A stretch of DNA of 64,000 bases from a virus. Lineage: Duplodnaviria; Caudoviricetes. Position 1 is the first letter of the stretch. The number at the start of each line of letters is the position of its first letter. The position numbers and the translations under genes are program-made. The notes beneath the pieces are model-generated. The model ran no database searches. It was not told the origin of the DNA and worked only from the letters and a program-made list of their open reading frames with translations. The stretch lies in IMG/VR virus record IMGVR_UViG_3300031760_000018, positions 1 through 64,000 of that record, one strand, 5' to 3'. Shown here one piece after another: positions 25,739 through 41,200 of the stretch.

Positions 25739-28700
25739 TTATATTACTCGTTCTCCTGCACGGTTTGCAGTAATAGACATTAACCCATCATGTGCAAGAG
25801 ATATACTCATTGATTTAATTAAGTAATCTCCATTAATTCCTGTTTTAGTATCTTGTACTAAAATACGAGTATTTGGCTCTAAATAATAAATTGGAATACT
25901 TTGTAAAGTAATTGTGTCTTGATAATAACTATGTTGATATAATAAATTATCTAATTCTTCTTTCGCACTCTTACCTTGAGAACTGATATGTAAATAAGAA
26001 TTTAACCATGCATTAGTATTAATATGCTAATAAGCTAAATTCTCATAGCCTACTACCTATTCTGAGTGATCAAGGGTATTATCAACAAATAACATTTCTG
26101 GAGTTTCTCTATAATAAATAGCTTTTACCTTATCATCTTTTATTGCTTTAGCCCTGCGGCCAATCAATTGCGGCAAATAAGGTAATAAATCTCCTCGATA
26201 ATCAATAAAATCTAACCAGAACAATAAATCCTATGGACGAGAAATGGTTACTTCTCTTGTTCTAAAATTATAAATAAAATTATCTGGATTCCAATATCCA
26301 TTACGTCTCCACTTATTAAATTCTGCCATAGTCATTTTCTATTTAGCAACCTATTGATAAGCTCCACTATCTTGTAGCACATAAGTCATAGATTGAACCT
26401 CTACAGGATTGCCCGCAGTATCAAAAGTAATTGTTCCATCTTTATTATATTCATAATCATGATCTTGTGAAATTTTATACATAAGTGGCCAAAAAGCTAA
26501 AATATCTGCATAATAAGCATCATATCCAGTATTAAAAGAAGCTTGCCACTATTCGATTTCTTTAGACATTAATCTATTAGCTTTTGCCGCGAGTAATCCA
26601 GCAGTATCAGGACTTTCATCAAGATAATCATTTATAGTTTTTAATTCTCCCAATTTAGCTTGATATCTTGCACTATAATCTTCAAAAGGCTGAGTATAAG
26701 TAACTCGATTATGATTTTCATCATATAAAATATATACTGGCTAATTATTTGCTCGAGCCACATATTGTGCTTCAATTGCTTCCCAAGCAGCAGTATAAGC
26801 ATCCCAGCGCTATTGATCATTTGAATAGCGTTGATAAATTGCACTAGTACGATCCCATAAATAATCATTTTGCATCTAAGTCTATCGGCTCCAAACTTCA
26901 CTCATACCTTCCCAATATTCTTCTTGATATTGATTCGCTATAGCCATTACATTATTATTCCATTCTTCCACATGAATTTGAGCTTCTCGACGTAAAGCTA
27001 CTTCTTCAACATCAGAAAAATCATAATAACTATAACTAGGATCTTTTCCATAAATAGCATTACCATTTACCATATAGGTACGCAATCTATTATATCCTAA
27101 TACCGAAGCAGCAACAGTTGAATCTGGATCAGGATTATAACTCATAGGAAGGAAAGCGTCTACTAAACTATTATAATAATATGTTAATGGCCACATTGAT
27201 GAAGTAATAAGAGTTGGATCATATTGATACATGCCTACTTTTAAACATTTTTTTAATCCCGCAATACGAGTGCCTGATAACATATTATCTTCTGCCATAA
27301 AATAAATTAGTTGCCGCCAATCATACCCAGTCATATCTGCTTGAACTGCAGATGCAATATCTTGTAAAAACTAATCTCTTAAATCATTATTATATGGTCG
27401 TTCATACCCACAATGAGTAATAAGATATTCCATAATATCTTCATATGCAGCTTCTTCTAAAATTTCTTGAGAAGCTTTACCTGCTCGAATATCAAGAGCC
27501 ATTTGATTTAATGGATGGATAGAATTTTCTGCATGAAAAGCTGTACGATATTTACAACTATAATAATTAGTTGGCTTTTTATCAATAGCATAACGCATAT
27601 GAATATCAACAGTTTCTCCACTCGCACTAGTTTTTTTACCCCAAATACTAAAGTCATTTTTAATCTATTTTAATTCAGGTTTATTCTAAATAGAATTTAA
27701 TAAATAATTGCCTTTAAATTCATAACTATAAGGTGTTGCAGTAGCAGTTGCATCATAATACTTTTCTTGTGCAGCATCATTTACAACTGCATTAGACCAT
27801 GATGAATTAAAATAAATTTTCTTTCTTTGAAAAATAAAATGCCCTTCAGTATCATAATAATATTCAAACTCTCCAAGCATTTCTACAATTTTATCTAACA
27901 TTTGTACAATAGTACCATTAACATCAATAATTAAATCATTAGGATAAATTAAATCTGTTGCACGATATCCTATTGCGTCTCCACGAGTAGCTCTATTAAT
28001 TAAATAAATATCCGGAGTGCGTGCATCAAACCACCCAGGATAAAAATCACGTACTTTAACAGGCTCTTGAATACGTCTACGCCAGCAATCCTCATAAACT
28101 AAATCTTCAGTTAATCCTTCTGCTAAATCTTCTGCTAATTTAGCATCAGTTATAGCATCTAAATTAATAGTGGCTGGTTTAATATCCCAATGTAAATTAC
28201 CATTAGATTCTTCCGTCTAATAAACAAAACAAGGATAATCTCCCCGCCATTCAATTAATTCTACTCCACAAGTATCTAAATCATTAATATAAATATTATG
28301 ATAAGGTTCTTGCGCATATGTATGGACTGCTTCTCGAATAATGGTTTTAATTGGGATATCTTCTTTTTTATAGTTACCATCATTATCAAAAATATAAGTT
28401 TTTCCAAAATCATGCGACGCGAATAAATTACCTCCTAAATCTCCATTTAAAAGACACATTTTATCTCTTCCCTGAATAGAAATAGTGTACCCACTATTAT
28501 TTAATGTATTAGAAAAACTAGTAAGAATAAACATCCCTTGTGGGAACCAAATAATGGGTTCGTATTCTTCTGTAATATCATTCTATAAACCAATATAGAC
28601 TTTAATCTTAGTTCGTAAAGTCCAATCTATATTTTGAATATCATTAGTATTAGCTACCATTGTAATATTACAAGTTCGACGTACTCTGGAGGAACCATCT

Positions 28701-28852
28701 AAATTAATAGTTCCTCCAGTAACCATGCCTTGAATTTCTGCAATAGGATTTTCATCCCAATCAAGAGCAATAACTTTTGCATAAATGATACGCTCATTGA
28801 CTTCATCTAATTGTTTTAAAAAAGTCGTATCCAATAAAGGATTTGCATACAT
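25739..28852 (-). CDS. Baseplate hub / Tal-like protein (DUF5048-like), 1037 aa
   Basis: ATG at 28852. The N-terminus has 'GGTINLDGSSRVRRTCNITM', 'ISIQGRDKMCLLNG' and 'FEYYYDTEGHFIFQRKK'. The C-terminus is 'PIYYLEPNTRILVQD..TGINGDYLIKSMSISL'. Five ORF pieces share one frame, ending at TAA 25739. Confidence 0.7.
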
Positions 28853-28855
28853 TTA

Positions 28856-31795
28856 TCATCCCTCCTATTGCTCTTGTAATACTTGTCTTAAAATTCTAAA
28901 AAAATTAGAACGAGCAGTTTCATAATCTCGTTGATAACTTGCAATAGTAGTAGTTGTTACTCCATTATTAATTGAGGTATATGCTTTTTCTACTCCAGGC
29001 AACCATCTTAATCTTTCATTATCAGTAAGTCGATGGAACCGTTCATTTTCATATACATAATAAACATCAACATTTTCTTGAGTAATATTTGGTATACGTA
29101 ATGCAGCAACATCATCGTCCATTTCACTTAATCCCAAAATAGCCTATTGATATCGTTGCTTTGCATTAAGATAAAGAGCTTTCGCTTCACGGACATCATC
29201 ATTTAATAATTCACAACCATAAGTAACTCGACGTAAAATATAACCAATTTCTCCTTGTACACCAGCTCCCCAACTTAATTGGTCAGGAATATCTACTTCT
29301 CTACCTATTTCAAATGAACCCAAATGAGCAATATCAATTTCTTCATCTTCATAATAAACTTTAGTATCTATTTTATCTTCATTATTAACTCGTTGGTAAG
29401 TTGCTCCAACATAACTACCACCATCTACACCAGTATCATAACGATAAGTCCAATATCGAACCGCACCATTATTTTCAACAGTTTTATAAATAGTATCTGG
29501 TAAAGTTAATTCCTGTCCAGTTCGAATAGATGCCCACATATTAGCAGAAAGATTTTCTCCCATAACAAAACTGTTAATATTTCGTACATAAGCTTGTAAA
29601 GCATTTTTGAGTTGAGCTTCTGTTTTCTATGTCCACACAATATTTGCACGAGGTGTAAATCGAGCCCAACTAATAGATTGAATTGTTTCTTTCTCATTTG
29701 TATGAGATTGAATAAATTCTTGAAGATTACGAATACCAAGATTTTCAAGAGTAACTTCCTCTACTTCGATTTTAATAACATCATCAAAGTAACTAGCTAC
29801 CTAATCATTGACTCCATAAGTAATAATTCCAGACATATTCTATGACCAACTTAATAAACGTAAATCATACATTTCCTAATCATAAGTCATTTCATAAGTG
29901 CCGGTCGCACCAATAGCAAAAGTAGTACCATTAATAGAAAATAATGAACCTGGATAAAATTCTTCAAATTTCAAATATTTGCAAGGCTCACCATTCAATA
30001 GATCAGTATTCTAAAGAACATTAATAACTCGTTGATATTCACTTGGCGTACGATTCTATACCATGGCTTCAATCTTTGCGGCACAAACAATAGTACCAAA
30101 TTGTAGTTCTTTACGAACACTATTAGCTCCTTTAAAGAATCCTCGCGCTTCAAGATTTTTCATTGTATAATCTTCAACTTCATCTGCGGTACAAGTAAAA
30201 GTATGAAGCATACGACCAAGCTAATCATTAGGACTTAATGAAACATTGGTTAAGCGTACTATATAATTACCTTCTGTAGGAGATTTAACTAATTTAACTT
30301 CTCCATTATTAAGCCACTCTAATACTTTTAATTTAAATTTGCGTTCATAAGCAATATTTAAATCTGAAGGGTCTGTTGTATCTTCCCAAGTATGTTTCAT
30401 TTTAAGTTCATCAGCGCGAGACATAAAATATTCATCATTATCACTAAGATATGATAATAAACCTGAAATAGGAAATTCTTTATAATTAATAATACCATTT
30501 CTAAAATAGAAAGGGTATTTAGCTCCTAAAGTGTCTTTTTTACTTTCTTTTACAATAGCCTTAAAAGAACTTACTTTAGGATTAAAACGCACTTTTAATT
30601 GACGCTATCCATCATATATAAATAAATCTTCATATTGAGCTAAAATTTCAGTAGTTGTATCAGTCTTTTTAGTCAAAGGATTATAAAATGTCCAAGGCGC
30701 CCCATCATTATATAATATTGCATAAATACGAGTTGAATAAATACCATAATCATTGTATTGCTATATAGCATATTTATAAGTTATACCTTGCTCAATAGCA
30801 AAATCTTTATAAAGCCAATCAGAAGGTGGCTATCCATATAAACTAAATTGGCATAACGTAGTCCACATAGAATAATCATCTTCTGCGCTCGCGCGCGAAA
30901 CAATAAAACGACCAGTACATTGCAATTCTTCACCTATATAATTGCGGGCACCATGTAATTGTAATTTTATAAACCCATTATCAAAATCTGGCTCAGCAGA
31001 TAATTCTGCGGTTAAATTCGGTGGAATACTATCTAAAGAAGTAATATAATATCTATCTGTTGATATTTCAAGTTTATTCGCAGTAATTACATTATAAATA
31101 ATATAATACTTGCGGCCATAAGCAATATCCCAATGTAACTAATACTCATCCGTAGATTCATAAGGATTGTCGGTTCGATCATCCTATTGACTATTATGAG
31201 TTTGCCATCCAGATGATTCAACCAACCGATTACTGATACTATCATATAAATCAAATTTATATTGAAAAACTCGTTCAGTAAAATCTTCATTATGATAAAG
31301 CCCGATATAATTTTTTATATCAACATTTACAACCCCAATATCTAAACCTTTGAGAGATATTACTGGTTGACAAGTATATTTAGCGATACCAATTGTAGAA
31401 TAATAACCAACTACATCATTAATACCGATGTATGCCAACTACATTTTATAAAACTCTCCAGTTGTTATATTAGCATAAATTTTTTTAGCTGCTTGAGTAT
31501 TATCATCATCTCGACTACTAATAGGATCACTTGATAAAGTAAAAGTAACAGATTTATTTGCATTATCAGACCATTCATGATGACTAGCAAATTCTATTGA
31601 AATAGTACCCAAAAGCTAGTCAGTTAATCCACTTTTAACTCGCAATGAAAATCCTTTAATAGTATCTGCGCTAACTAATTTATTCATAGAAAAAGGGACT
31701 GTAATCAATACAGTCCCCGTCTAATCACCAGTTATTGCTTTGTAAAATGATGGGAGAGTTCCTCCTACAATTGGCGGGTATAATTTATCCGCCAT
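28856..31795 (-). CDS. Putative distal-tail/baseplate protein, 979 aa
   Basis: ATG at 31795 follows AGGAGGG (MADKLYPP). ORFs 31184-31438, 30221-30592, 29144-29563 and 28865-29137 share one frame. It contains 'RFNPKVSSFK..KYPFYFRNG..YKEFPISGLLS' and 'KSPTEGNYIVRL' and ends in TGA TAA. Confidence 0.7.
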
Positions 31796-31798
31796 GTA

Positions 31799-32203
31799 TT
31801 ATCCCTCCTGAGTATTTTCCTCATCATCAATAATAAGTTCCAAATCAGCAAGTTGCTTTGGAGTAAACTCCAAATCTTCCAAGAGAGAAATAGGGATCTT
31901 GCGTAACTGCACATCAGTAGTAAAATTATTCAATTCCATACGCGCAGTACGACACTCTTCTTCCATACCTTCCTTAATGCGGAAAATATTAGGAGATTCC
32001 TCTACAAACTGACCGGTTTCTTCATCTACAACAAGGAACTTTTGAGCGAAAGCCCGCTCCTGCTCTATATAAAACTCTTCTTCCTTCTTTAATGCAGTAA
32101 TATCTTTTGCAAGGATAAGACTAAGTTTAAAAGGCATCTTCTGTTCTTGAAGGGCCTCAAGACCTTCGGTAAGAGTAGCAATCTGATTAAAATTAAGATT
32201 CAT
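31799..32203 (-). CDS. Hypothetical acidic helical protein, 134 aa
   Basis: AAAGGAG RBS, ATG start, TAA stop, no TAG. Confidence 0.8.
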   Translation of the reverse strand: MNLNFNQIATLTEGLEALQEQKMPFKLSLILAKDITALKKEEEFYIEQERAFAQKFLVVDEETGQFVEESPNIFRIKEGMEEECRTARMELNNFTTDVQLRKIPISLLEDLEFTPKQLADLELIIDDEENTQEG

Positions 32204-32227
32204 ATATATTCTCCTTTATCTCTTTAT

Positions 32228-35200
32228 TTAACTAACTGATGCTCCCGTAATTTTAGGATTAATGTTAGCTAAGGTATATCTAGTTGCACCATCTGAACGA
32301 CTATAACAAGTACCAGATGCAGTACATCCAGAAGGCTTAGTTTTTGATGACGTTTTATAAGTCATCTCGCCATTTGCTGCTCCTTTAGCTAATGTAACAT
32401 TTATAGTAAAATTTTTAGTACGCCCGCCCGGACTCTTAACAGCGATAGTAACTGATTTATCTCCTGTAGACACTACCGATGCCGAAATCGACTCCCACCT
32501 TGATTCAAAACATGCTTCCACTGCAGCCTATAGATCATATGATATTGATAATTGACTACCTGCAATTGTCCAAGTTACACTACTACTTAATGATCTAGGA
32601 GACCATGATGCTCCACCAAATATTGAAACACTATTACTTTGACCAGCACCTTGTCCAACAACAGATCCATTAGTACATGTTAAACTTCCTCCAGATAAGG
32701 ATAAAGTCGGTTTATGACTGTGCGCTGCTGAAGCGAGAGCAGGTGAAGTTGCAGTTATCATTTCTCCATTAATTCTAGTTGCCCATACAGCAACAGAAGT
32801 TGTTCCTGCACCACGACCTCCACCACTAACACTCGGCACCGTTATATGATCAATAGCTCGTCCTAAAGCTTCATTGGCTAAATCTGCTGCACGCTACGCC
32901 GCAGCTGCTGCTGCTTGAGCTTTTCGAATACCTCTCCAAGCTGCTTCCATCGCAGCATTAGCACGATCTAAAGCTCGTTTAGCAAGGTTATTAACTGCAA
33001 CAATACGATCAGATAATGCTTCTACAATAATACCTAACCACCATTCAGTTACAACCATATGACCTTTACGTGGATGAGGCTAGTCATAATCAATTTGCGC
33101 AGAACCAGCAGCAGTTAATATTAAATGATTATTACTATCGCGCTTAAATTTATATTCATCTTCTTCTAAGAAGATAGCTAATGAACCATAAATATGTTTC
33201 GCATAAATACTATATCCTGAAAAATGCCAATTAAGTAAATAACCCGTAGAACCTTGTGGCTTAAGAATACTAACCATAGGTGAACTACTAACTATTTCAT
33301 ATGGGTCAGATTCACTTGCTCTTGTAACTTCATATCCAATTTGAAGAGCAATACCTTTTTTACCGCTTCTTCCAGGACGAGATTCATCATTTGTAATATA
33401 CAACTAATTTGCAATAATATCAAATGTTTTAGTTCCTTGCGCGCCACCATATTTTACATAAGCAAAATTCCAAGCGTTTTGAGATTTTCCTTGTACAGGA
33501 TATACTCTATCATTTGTAGCTTCTTCATCAGTATAATCAAGAGATGCTTGATAAGCTGCAATCTCAGCTCGGTATTCAGCAATTATATCATCGTAATTAT
33601 CTATAGTAGACTATGGAACTAATTCTGCGTATTTAAAAGCATTTTCATTATTATCTGTAAGAACAATTGTGTAGTTATTATTTTTTAATACATTGCCCGC
33701 GGTACGAGAATCATAATAAAATACAGAAACTGGAATAATTGTAATATCTCCAGTCAAACTTAATTTATGACCAGTAAGTCCTGTAGTTCTATCTGTTGTA
33801 GCCCAATAAAAATCTATAGAATTTTCCCAAGGCCATCCATAATATACTGGATTAGTTATTTCTGCTTGACTAATTCCTGCCTCTAAAGCTAACTAAGATT
33901 GTTCTTCTTCAATCTATTGATTCAAACTTAAAATTTCATTTTCTTTATCTTCAATTTGTCTAGTTAATGCAGCAAATCGTGCATTATTCATAGCCAAAGT
34001 ATCAATAATGCCAGAAAGTTCTAATTTCTATTGCTGTAAAATTTCTAAATCTGTTTGTGCAGTTGTTAATGCTGCACTTTTATTTGCTAATTCACCATCA
34101 ATGCGAGCTTTTTCTGCAGTCCAATAGTCAACATTTTGCTAAGCTGTTTCAGATAATAGTCCACTTGAACTATTTAATAAATTAATAACTGCTTGAGTAT
34201 TAGAAATTAATGTCTATAAACGAGTAATTTCCTCGTCTTTATCATCAATTAAACCTTGAAGATAATTTCTTTCTGCGTCAGAAGTTGCCGCATTATAACG
34301 AGTAACTAAAGCCGCACGTTCCTATTGAGCCGTTGCAAGTTGATCTTGGTAAGCTGCTAAATCAGATTCAAACTAACTAACATCCATACCACCATTATCA
34401 ACAATATCCTGCCAATATTGTCTATTATTTTCTGCATTTAATGAAGCAGCAGTAAGTTCTGAAATTTCTTCTTCTAAGGTTTCAATTTGATCTTCTTTAG
34501 CAGCAATCTAACGTTCTATTTCTTGTAAAGCAGTTAAGTCATCTCCACTTGCCAGCTCTAAACGCAATCGGTCTCGCTCTTGTTTTAACCGAAGCAATTC
34601 TGCCTAAGCAACTTCTAAAGCAGATCTTAATTCTTCCAAATGAGGAGAAGTTAAATTATAAAAATCAGAACCTTCTGCGGTATATGTTGAACAAGGAGTC
34701 CAATAATGATCATGTGCATCTATTAAAGCATTCATTTCATCGGTCTTTTCTTGGATTAATTGACCGATATAAGCGCGCATATCATCACCATCATCAACAC
34801 TTGAATCTCCAATAGTTCCTTCTGAGCCTGAACCATTAGAGCCGCCACCAATAACATTCCATTTATAATTAGTAGTAACTACTGTGGGTACAATAGTAGG
34901 AGGTGGATTTAATAAACTAGCAAGAGTATCATCAATACCTACTCCACCCCCTGTTGCTGGCACACTATAAATATCAAAACCAGCAATAGAAAGTTTCGCA
35001 TTATGCTCTAATGTACCTAACATAATGGTCGCATCTCGACCATTTAGCTCAACATTTTTATGCCATGCTACATTTTCTTGAATCCAAGATAACTTATAAG
35101 GATTAACTTCTACTCCTTCAGGAGGATTTAATGTAGCAACTAAACGACCATTTTCATCAACAGGAACTTCTTGTCCGGCGCGGGTTCCAGTAGTAAAAAT

Positions 35201-38200
35201 TGGAACATAATGACCTAAGAAATTATCAGAAATAGACCATCCACCGATCATACCTCTACGAGCAAAAACAGTACCATCAGTTCGTAGCCCAAAAGTGATA
35301 CCATCATTTTCATTACCAGCATAAATGGCAAAATGCCCATACTCTAATTCAATATATTCTTTTAAAGTATTTCCAACAAATTTTTCTCGAATTACTCTGG
35401 TTAAAGGTCCAAGATAAAATTCATTAAGAGTATCTTGATCATTCCAAGCATTTTTTAATAATTTTAATGTCTTTCGATCTTGTTTTGCAACACTCGTCCA
35501 ATCACTTATTCTACTTGGCGCATTTGGATCACCTAAGAAAATAGTACCAAATTTTTCAGAGGTTGTCAATTTTACGCTCTAAGTCATACCATAATCTGTA
35601 ATAAACCAAGGAGAAGTACTACCTATTTTTCCTGCGCGAGCAGTCATATAGCCTCTCCAGTTTACACTAAATAATGGTTTATGATAATCATTTTCTGAAT
35701 ATTCATTTTCCCAATCAGGATAATACCCACAATAAATAGCATATTTATGCTCTTCATCTAAACGATAAAGTTCTTGTAACTATTTTTCATATAACTAATT
35801 TTCTCGATTAATTAAAACCTAAACTGTTGCGTCATATAATGCAGATGATTTTGGAGTAAAGAAACCTGGCCAATGTTCACGCATATAATCCCAGTCAGAT
35901 TGCGGAATAGTATCACGCTCAATAGCTAAGTAGTACATCTCCATTAGCTATTTATAACAATCTTGTAAATAAATTTCATAACCAGCATTACATTCTGTTA
36001 TAATAGTTTCCAATACACTTGCAGTAACACTTTGTCCACTAGAAGTCCAATAAGGATTAATAGTGGCTACTGAAACCGCAGGGTTATGCGCATAAGCTGC
36101 TGAATAAGAATAACGACTACCCTAATTATAACTTTTTGAAGCTACATGAGTAGAATGATTATAAGTATAGCCTAAAATTGGCCCCATTGTGTATTGCCAA
36201 CCAGTACGGTAAACGCCTCTTACTCTACCATCAGAATAATAATGATAGTGATCAGATGCGGCATAAGTTTCTTCATTAAAAATATCTGAAATATTTTCAT
36301 TAATCCAAGTGGTATATGCAGTAGATTCTTGACCATATCCTACATCTTCAAGACATCTTGTTAAATAATTAGCTACTTCAAGATATCCCCAGCCAACATT
36401 CATGTAGTGATATGGATCTAATTCAAATACATCATTTGGTAAATCTCGAACTCCATCATGTACTTGATTTTTTAGCCACTCTAACATTTCAAATAACATT
36501 TCTACAGTTTCATGCAAATTTCGCCCATAAGCATTTAAAGCATCTAATCTTTCTAAGTGTCGAATATGAATACAACGATAAATTGATGCAACTCTAATTG
36601 CACTTATTGCTGAATTATTATATTCATAATCATCTGGTAATTCTGTTTTTCCTTCAGGTAAGCTAGCATTATATGTTGCCATATCAGTAGAACTTAATAA
36701 ATTTTTAGGTCTACCGTCATATTTACTTCTTCTTTCAGGATCTGGCTCTGGATCTATATAAACTTCAACAGGACCTTCATATAAATTACGATAGTGCTAA
36801 ACTACACTAGCATCATCAATCCATCCTCCAGTAATATTATAGCCTAAATACATATAACGACTATTTGGAGGAAGAGTGACACCAGTCTATCCAGGTATAA
36901 CTTCTAAGCCTTCACCAGAAAAATATTGGTACATACCATGCTTACCAATCATCCAGTTACCAATTTTACCATAAGATGCAACGACACCACCAGTAGTAAT
37001 CATGCCATGATTTGGATCTACAACAAAATAATCATGAGTTGGATCATTAAAAAACTTAGATGCCCAACGAGTAGTTTGTTTTAAATCTTCAACATCTTCA
37101 ATAGAAGTTATATCTACACGACGTTTAACTTGCGCGTATAAGAAATATGGAGAATATCCATAATAAGAACCAGGTGTAAATTGGCTATCAGAAGTTTGTG
37201 TAATTGGATCTAAGTTTAAATAACAAGTACGATCATAATTACTAATTAAACTATATTTGCCATTAAAACAAATCTATCCTTTACCTGCTTTTCCAATAAA
37301 ACCAGTAGCGTCATTTTTAAATCCAAATACCTAAACACCAGCATTAAATCCATATAAGCCAGGAATATCAATAGAACCATCATTATGATTGTGCCAATCG
37401 CCCATCATAACGCCACTGAATCTATTATTACTATCTTTAGTACCTGCGCTAATCATTTGCGCCATAATAGCATTATTATCTTCATCAATAGTTAACTGAC
37501 CATCCCATGAATTAATTAAAGAAGAAGGATAAACATTACGACAACATACAATAGCCTAACGATAATAAGATTCTCCTACTTCATATCCTATATAAGTATA
37601 ATAATCAGTATCCATTCCTTCTATCCAAGCCCAAGAAATACGAGGCTTATTAGTAGCAGGATCAATATATGGATCTAAAGTGTATTCAGTATACGCACCG
37701 CGCAATAATCCAGCTCCTTCAAGGATTATATCATAAGCATCTCCTCTAATAAGAGCTTTTTGTTGATTTAATAAAGCAGTATCTTGTCCACTTTGTAACC
37801 AAGCTTCCGCGGCGATTACTTCAAGTTCGTTTAAGTATTCTTCTGCATCATCTAAAGTATATGTTCGAGATTCATCCATTAATGTCCAATTATACTGATA
37901 AGCCATTTCTCTCAAACAATTATTTACTCGTCTAATCGTATTAACTGGCAATTCAATTACTTCATTCGTAGTTAATTGCGCTGCACGAGTACGAGTACTT
38001 ATAAGTCTAAAGAACTCAGGAGTCTCTAAATCTACCCAAGTATCATTTGAAAGACGCTATTTCTATTTTAATTGCCATTCAGGGTACTCATAATTAATTT
38101 CATCATTTAACTAAGACCATTTCTAAAATGGACTAGCCAAATAATTAGGACTCTTACCATCAGATTTAAATTCTACTCTTGAAGGAACAGAATATTGATA

Positions 38201-41200
38201 CTCTCTAACCAAATCTCCCCAGTTATTAGTTAACGTACATGCTTTATAAGCGCTTAAAGTATATGGCGCGCAATTACGCACTTCGACTTTAAAAATAGGC
38301 GGCATTTTATTTCTAACAAAACCAGTAATACCATTTCCTAAATAATTGCCATAAGTTGTAATATTAAGCGTGTCCCATTGAGAATGTTGCCAATCATCTG
38401 GAGAGATAGCTTCTCCGTTGGTCTAAGTAATCGTAGTTGGAGAGAGCAAATACCAATCAAAAATAAATCCCGCGCTTTCTGCTCTGCGGCCAAATCTATC
38501 TCTAACTTCTGCTGCCAATTTAAAACGTTGGCCTTCTTTTAATCCAACTGTTTCAGGTTCTACTTGATGAATAATAATAGTCCATTCTGAACCATCGGTA
38601 CCACTACGGCCAAAGAAAAATTCTTTTTGTACATGGTAAGTATGTCCCATACGAACAATAGTAGCAGCAATAGTATTATTTGTATATCGAACGTCCCAAA
38701 AATTATTTATTCTAAATTTCTATGTTGTTTTATAAACGTACTATTTTTTTAGTTGTTTTAAATCTTCAGAGTCTTCTTCAGTACTCATATCTGCAAGATC
38801 TAACATTTCTATTGCTTCTGCATCTGTAACATCTGATACAGAATGAATCATAGTATAATTACCAGGGAAGTTCCATTTTACAGTAAAATGATCATCTGAT
38901 TCATCATTTACTGTTAATGGAATATAATCATTAGATACTCGATTTTTCATCCAAATTTGAATATACCAATCAATAGTACTATAATCATTATCTGCTTCAT
39001 CTCTAATAACTTTACTCTATTCATCATAAACAAAAAATGCATCTCTACCTTCTTCAACAGCAATATGCCCATCAACATAAGTGCCTTCTGGAGTAACAGT
39101 ATATTGTTTGCGCAAAATCTTAAAAATAAAATCTGCATCAGATACTGCTCCTTCTTCAAGAGTAGTATCTAAATTAGTAAAAGTAATAACATCAGTCATA
39201 CGATGCCCGCCAGGATATTTAACAACTGCGCGGAATCGTTCTGCTAAACGTTCTGGATCAAGTCTAACATTTAATGTAAATTTGTTATAATTTTTTTGTT
39301 CTCCTAATGCTGCCAATTCTTCCATACATAAACGACGAGCATTTTCAATCTTTCCATCCCACTCCATATCAACTTCCATGCGCCAATATGCAGCTTGTCT
39401 TTCATCATATTGATGAGTATCAATTTTTGCTTGAATTAAATCATATTGATTTTGTTTTGCCGCAGTATATTCTTTATAATGTTGTACACATTCTTTATCT
39501 GGAAAGTCTAATAAAAATTCATCAAAGGTATAATTAAATGATTCATAATTATCCATTAATCTAAAATTAGTTCCAGCATATCTTTCTGGTTCATTTGCGC
39601 CATTAATTTCTACATTATAATCATAACGATACCAATATATCTATGCGTTATAAAGTTTTAGCTATTCAGGAGTATTAACTAATACATAAGTATCTCCATC
39701 TCTATGTACCCAAATAAACTACATATGTTTATCTAAATCTAAATCATCTGTATCTGTAATAGTTAATGGATTAGCTCCATAACTAAGTTTATCATAAGTA
39801 TAAATAAAAACTCGTTCATCTTCTACTTCATCGGCAGTCATACCCAATAATACTCTTAATCCACTGATGCGAATATTCGGTTGCTAATCTTTATAAGGAA
39901 TTTCTCTACCAAATTCATCAATAAAATTATGATCTTGCCAAAAGTAAATAGAAATTGATTGAATTTCAAAAAACTTAGAAATATCAAATATAATCTACTG
40001 AGAACGAGGCATTGGATAATTATATGGATTACCATACATCTAATTACTTTTGAAATACAAAGTCTAAGATTTTATCTCTGAAGGGTTATCTTCATTAGCC
40101 AATGTAATTCCAGTAACCTCAATGCGCAATCCATAAGTACCAGACAATGGTGCATACGCACCTAAATAACTTGTCCAATAGGTATCAATGCCCATTTTAG
40201 TACAAACGGTTGCCGCAGACCGAGCACCTTTTTTCCAAGTCCATAATAAATTATGATTTACATCAGAATTCTCTGCATACTAAGCTTGTAAAGCTTGATA
40301 TTCAGCTTCTCGCTCTTGATCTAAAGCAGCATATTTCTCTTCAATTTTTTTCTTAGCGGCTTCATATAAATCAGTTAAACGTTTATACTGAGTCTATCTA
40401 TCTGCTAAACGACTATGCATTTCTTCAACTTCAGTATCATTCCAATATTGCTTCCATAAATTCCCCAATATTCCTGCGCGCTCACTATCATTAAATACAA
40501 CAGAAGCTTGAAAAATAGCTTGCTATACTGCATCTAATGTCCACATAGGAATATCCGCAACATTAGAAGGACGAGCAACTTTAAAAATAGTCTACCACTT
40601 ATTCTATACTTGCGCCAAAGTCCAATCAGTATCATCTTCTGAATGAACACTATTGGCACCTGCAACAATAACATCTGCCAAACAAGGTTTCGCAGGAGGT
40701 AAATATTCTGCATCAGATTTTAATTTAGGATCTAATGCAATTTCAATATTCTTTGCATCTTCTCCGGCAGAACCAATAACATTACCTTGACTATCAACCA
40801 AACCTTCAATTTGTCGTTGATAATTACTTGTTAATGTTGCTAATTCTCTTGCTTTATTTGCAAACTATAAATTCCATTTAGTTGTTAATGCTGCCATAGC
40901 TTGAGTATAAGCTGGATCAGCAGAAAGCTCTTTACCATCTTCTGGGTCATTAGCTTTATATCCTCTTGGCAAAGTTGGCGCGGAATTGCCAGTTAAATCT
41001 TCAAAAGTAATGAAGTTCTATAATGGAGTAGTGTATGTAAAAGGATAAGATTCTCCACCTTCCGCATTAATTTTACGACCGATAATAAACTTCTGTTTAC
41101 TATAGTCACCAGAAGGAATATTTACATAAACTTCTTCTCCTACATGATACTCATTTCCATTTATAGAGTACGCTTCAAAAACCGTATGCTCTGTAGTAAC

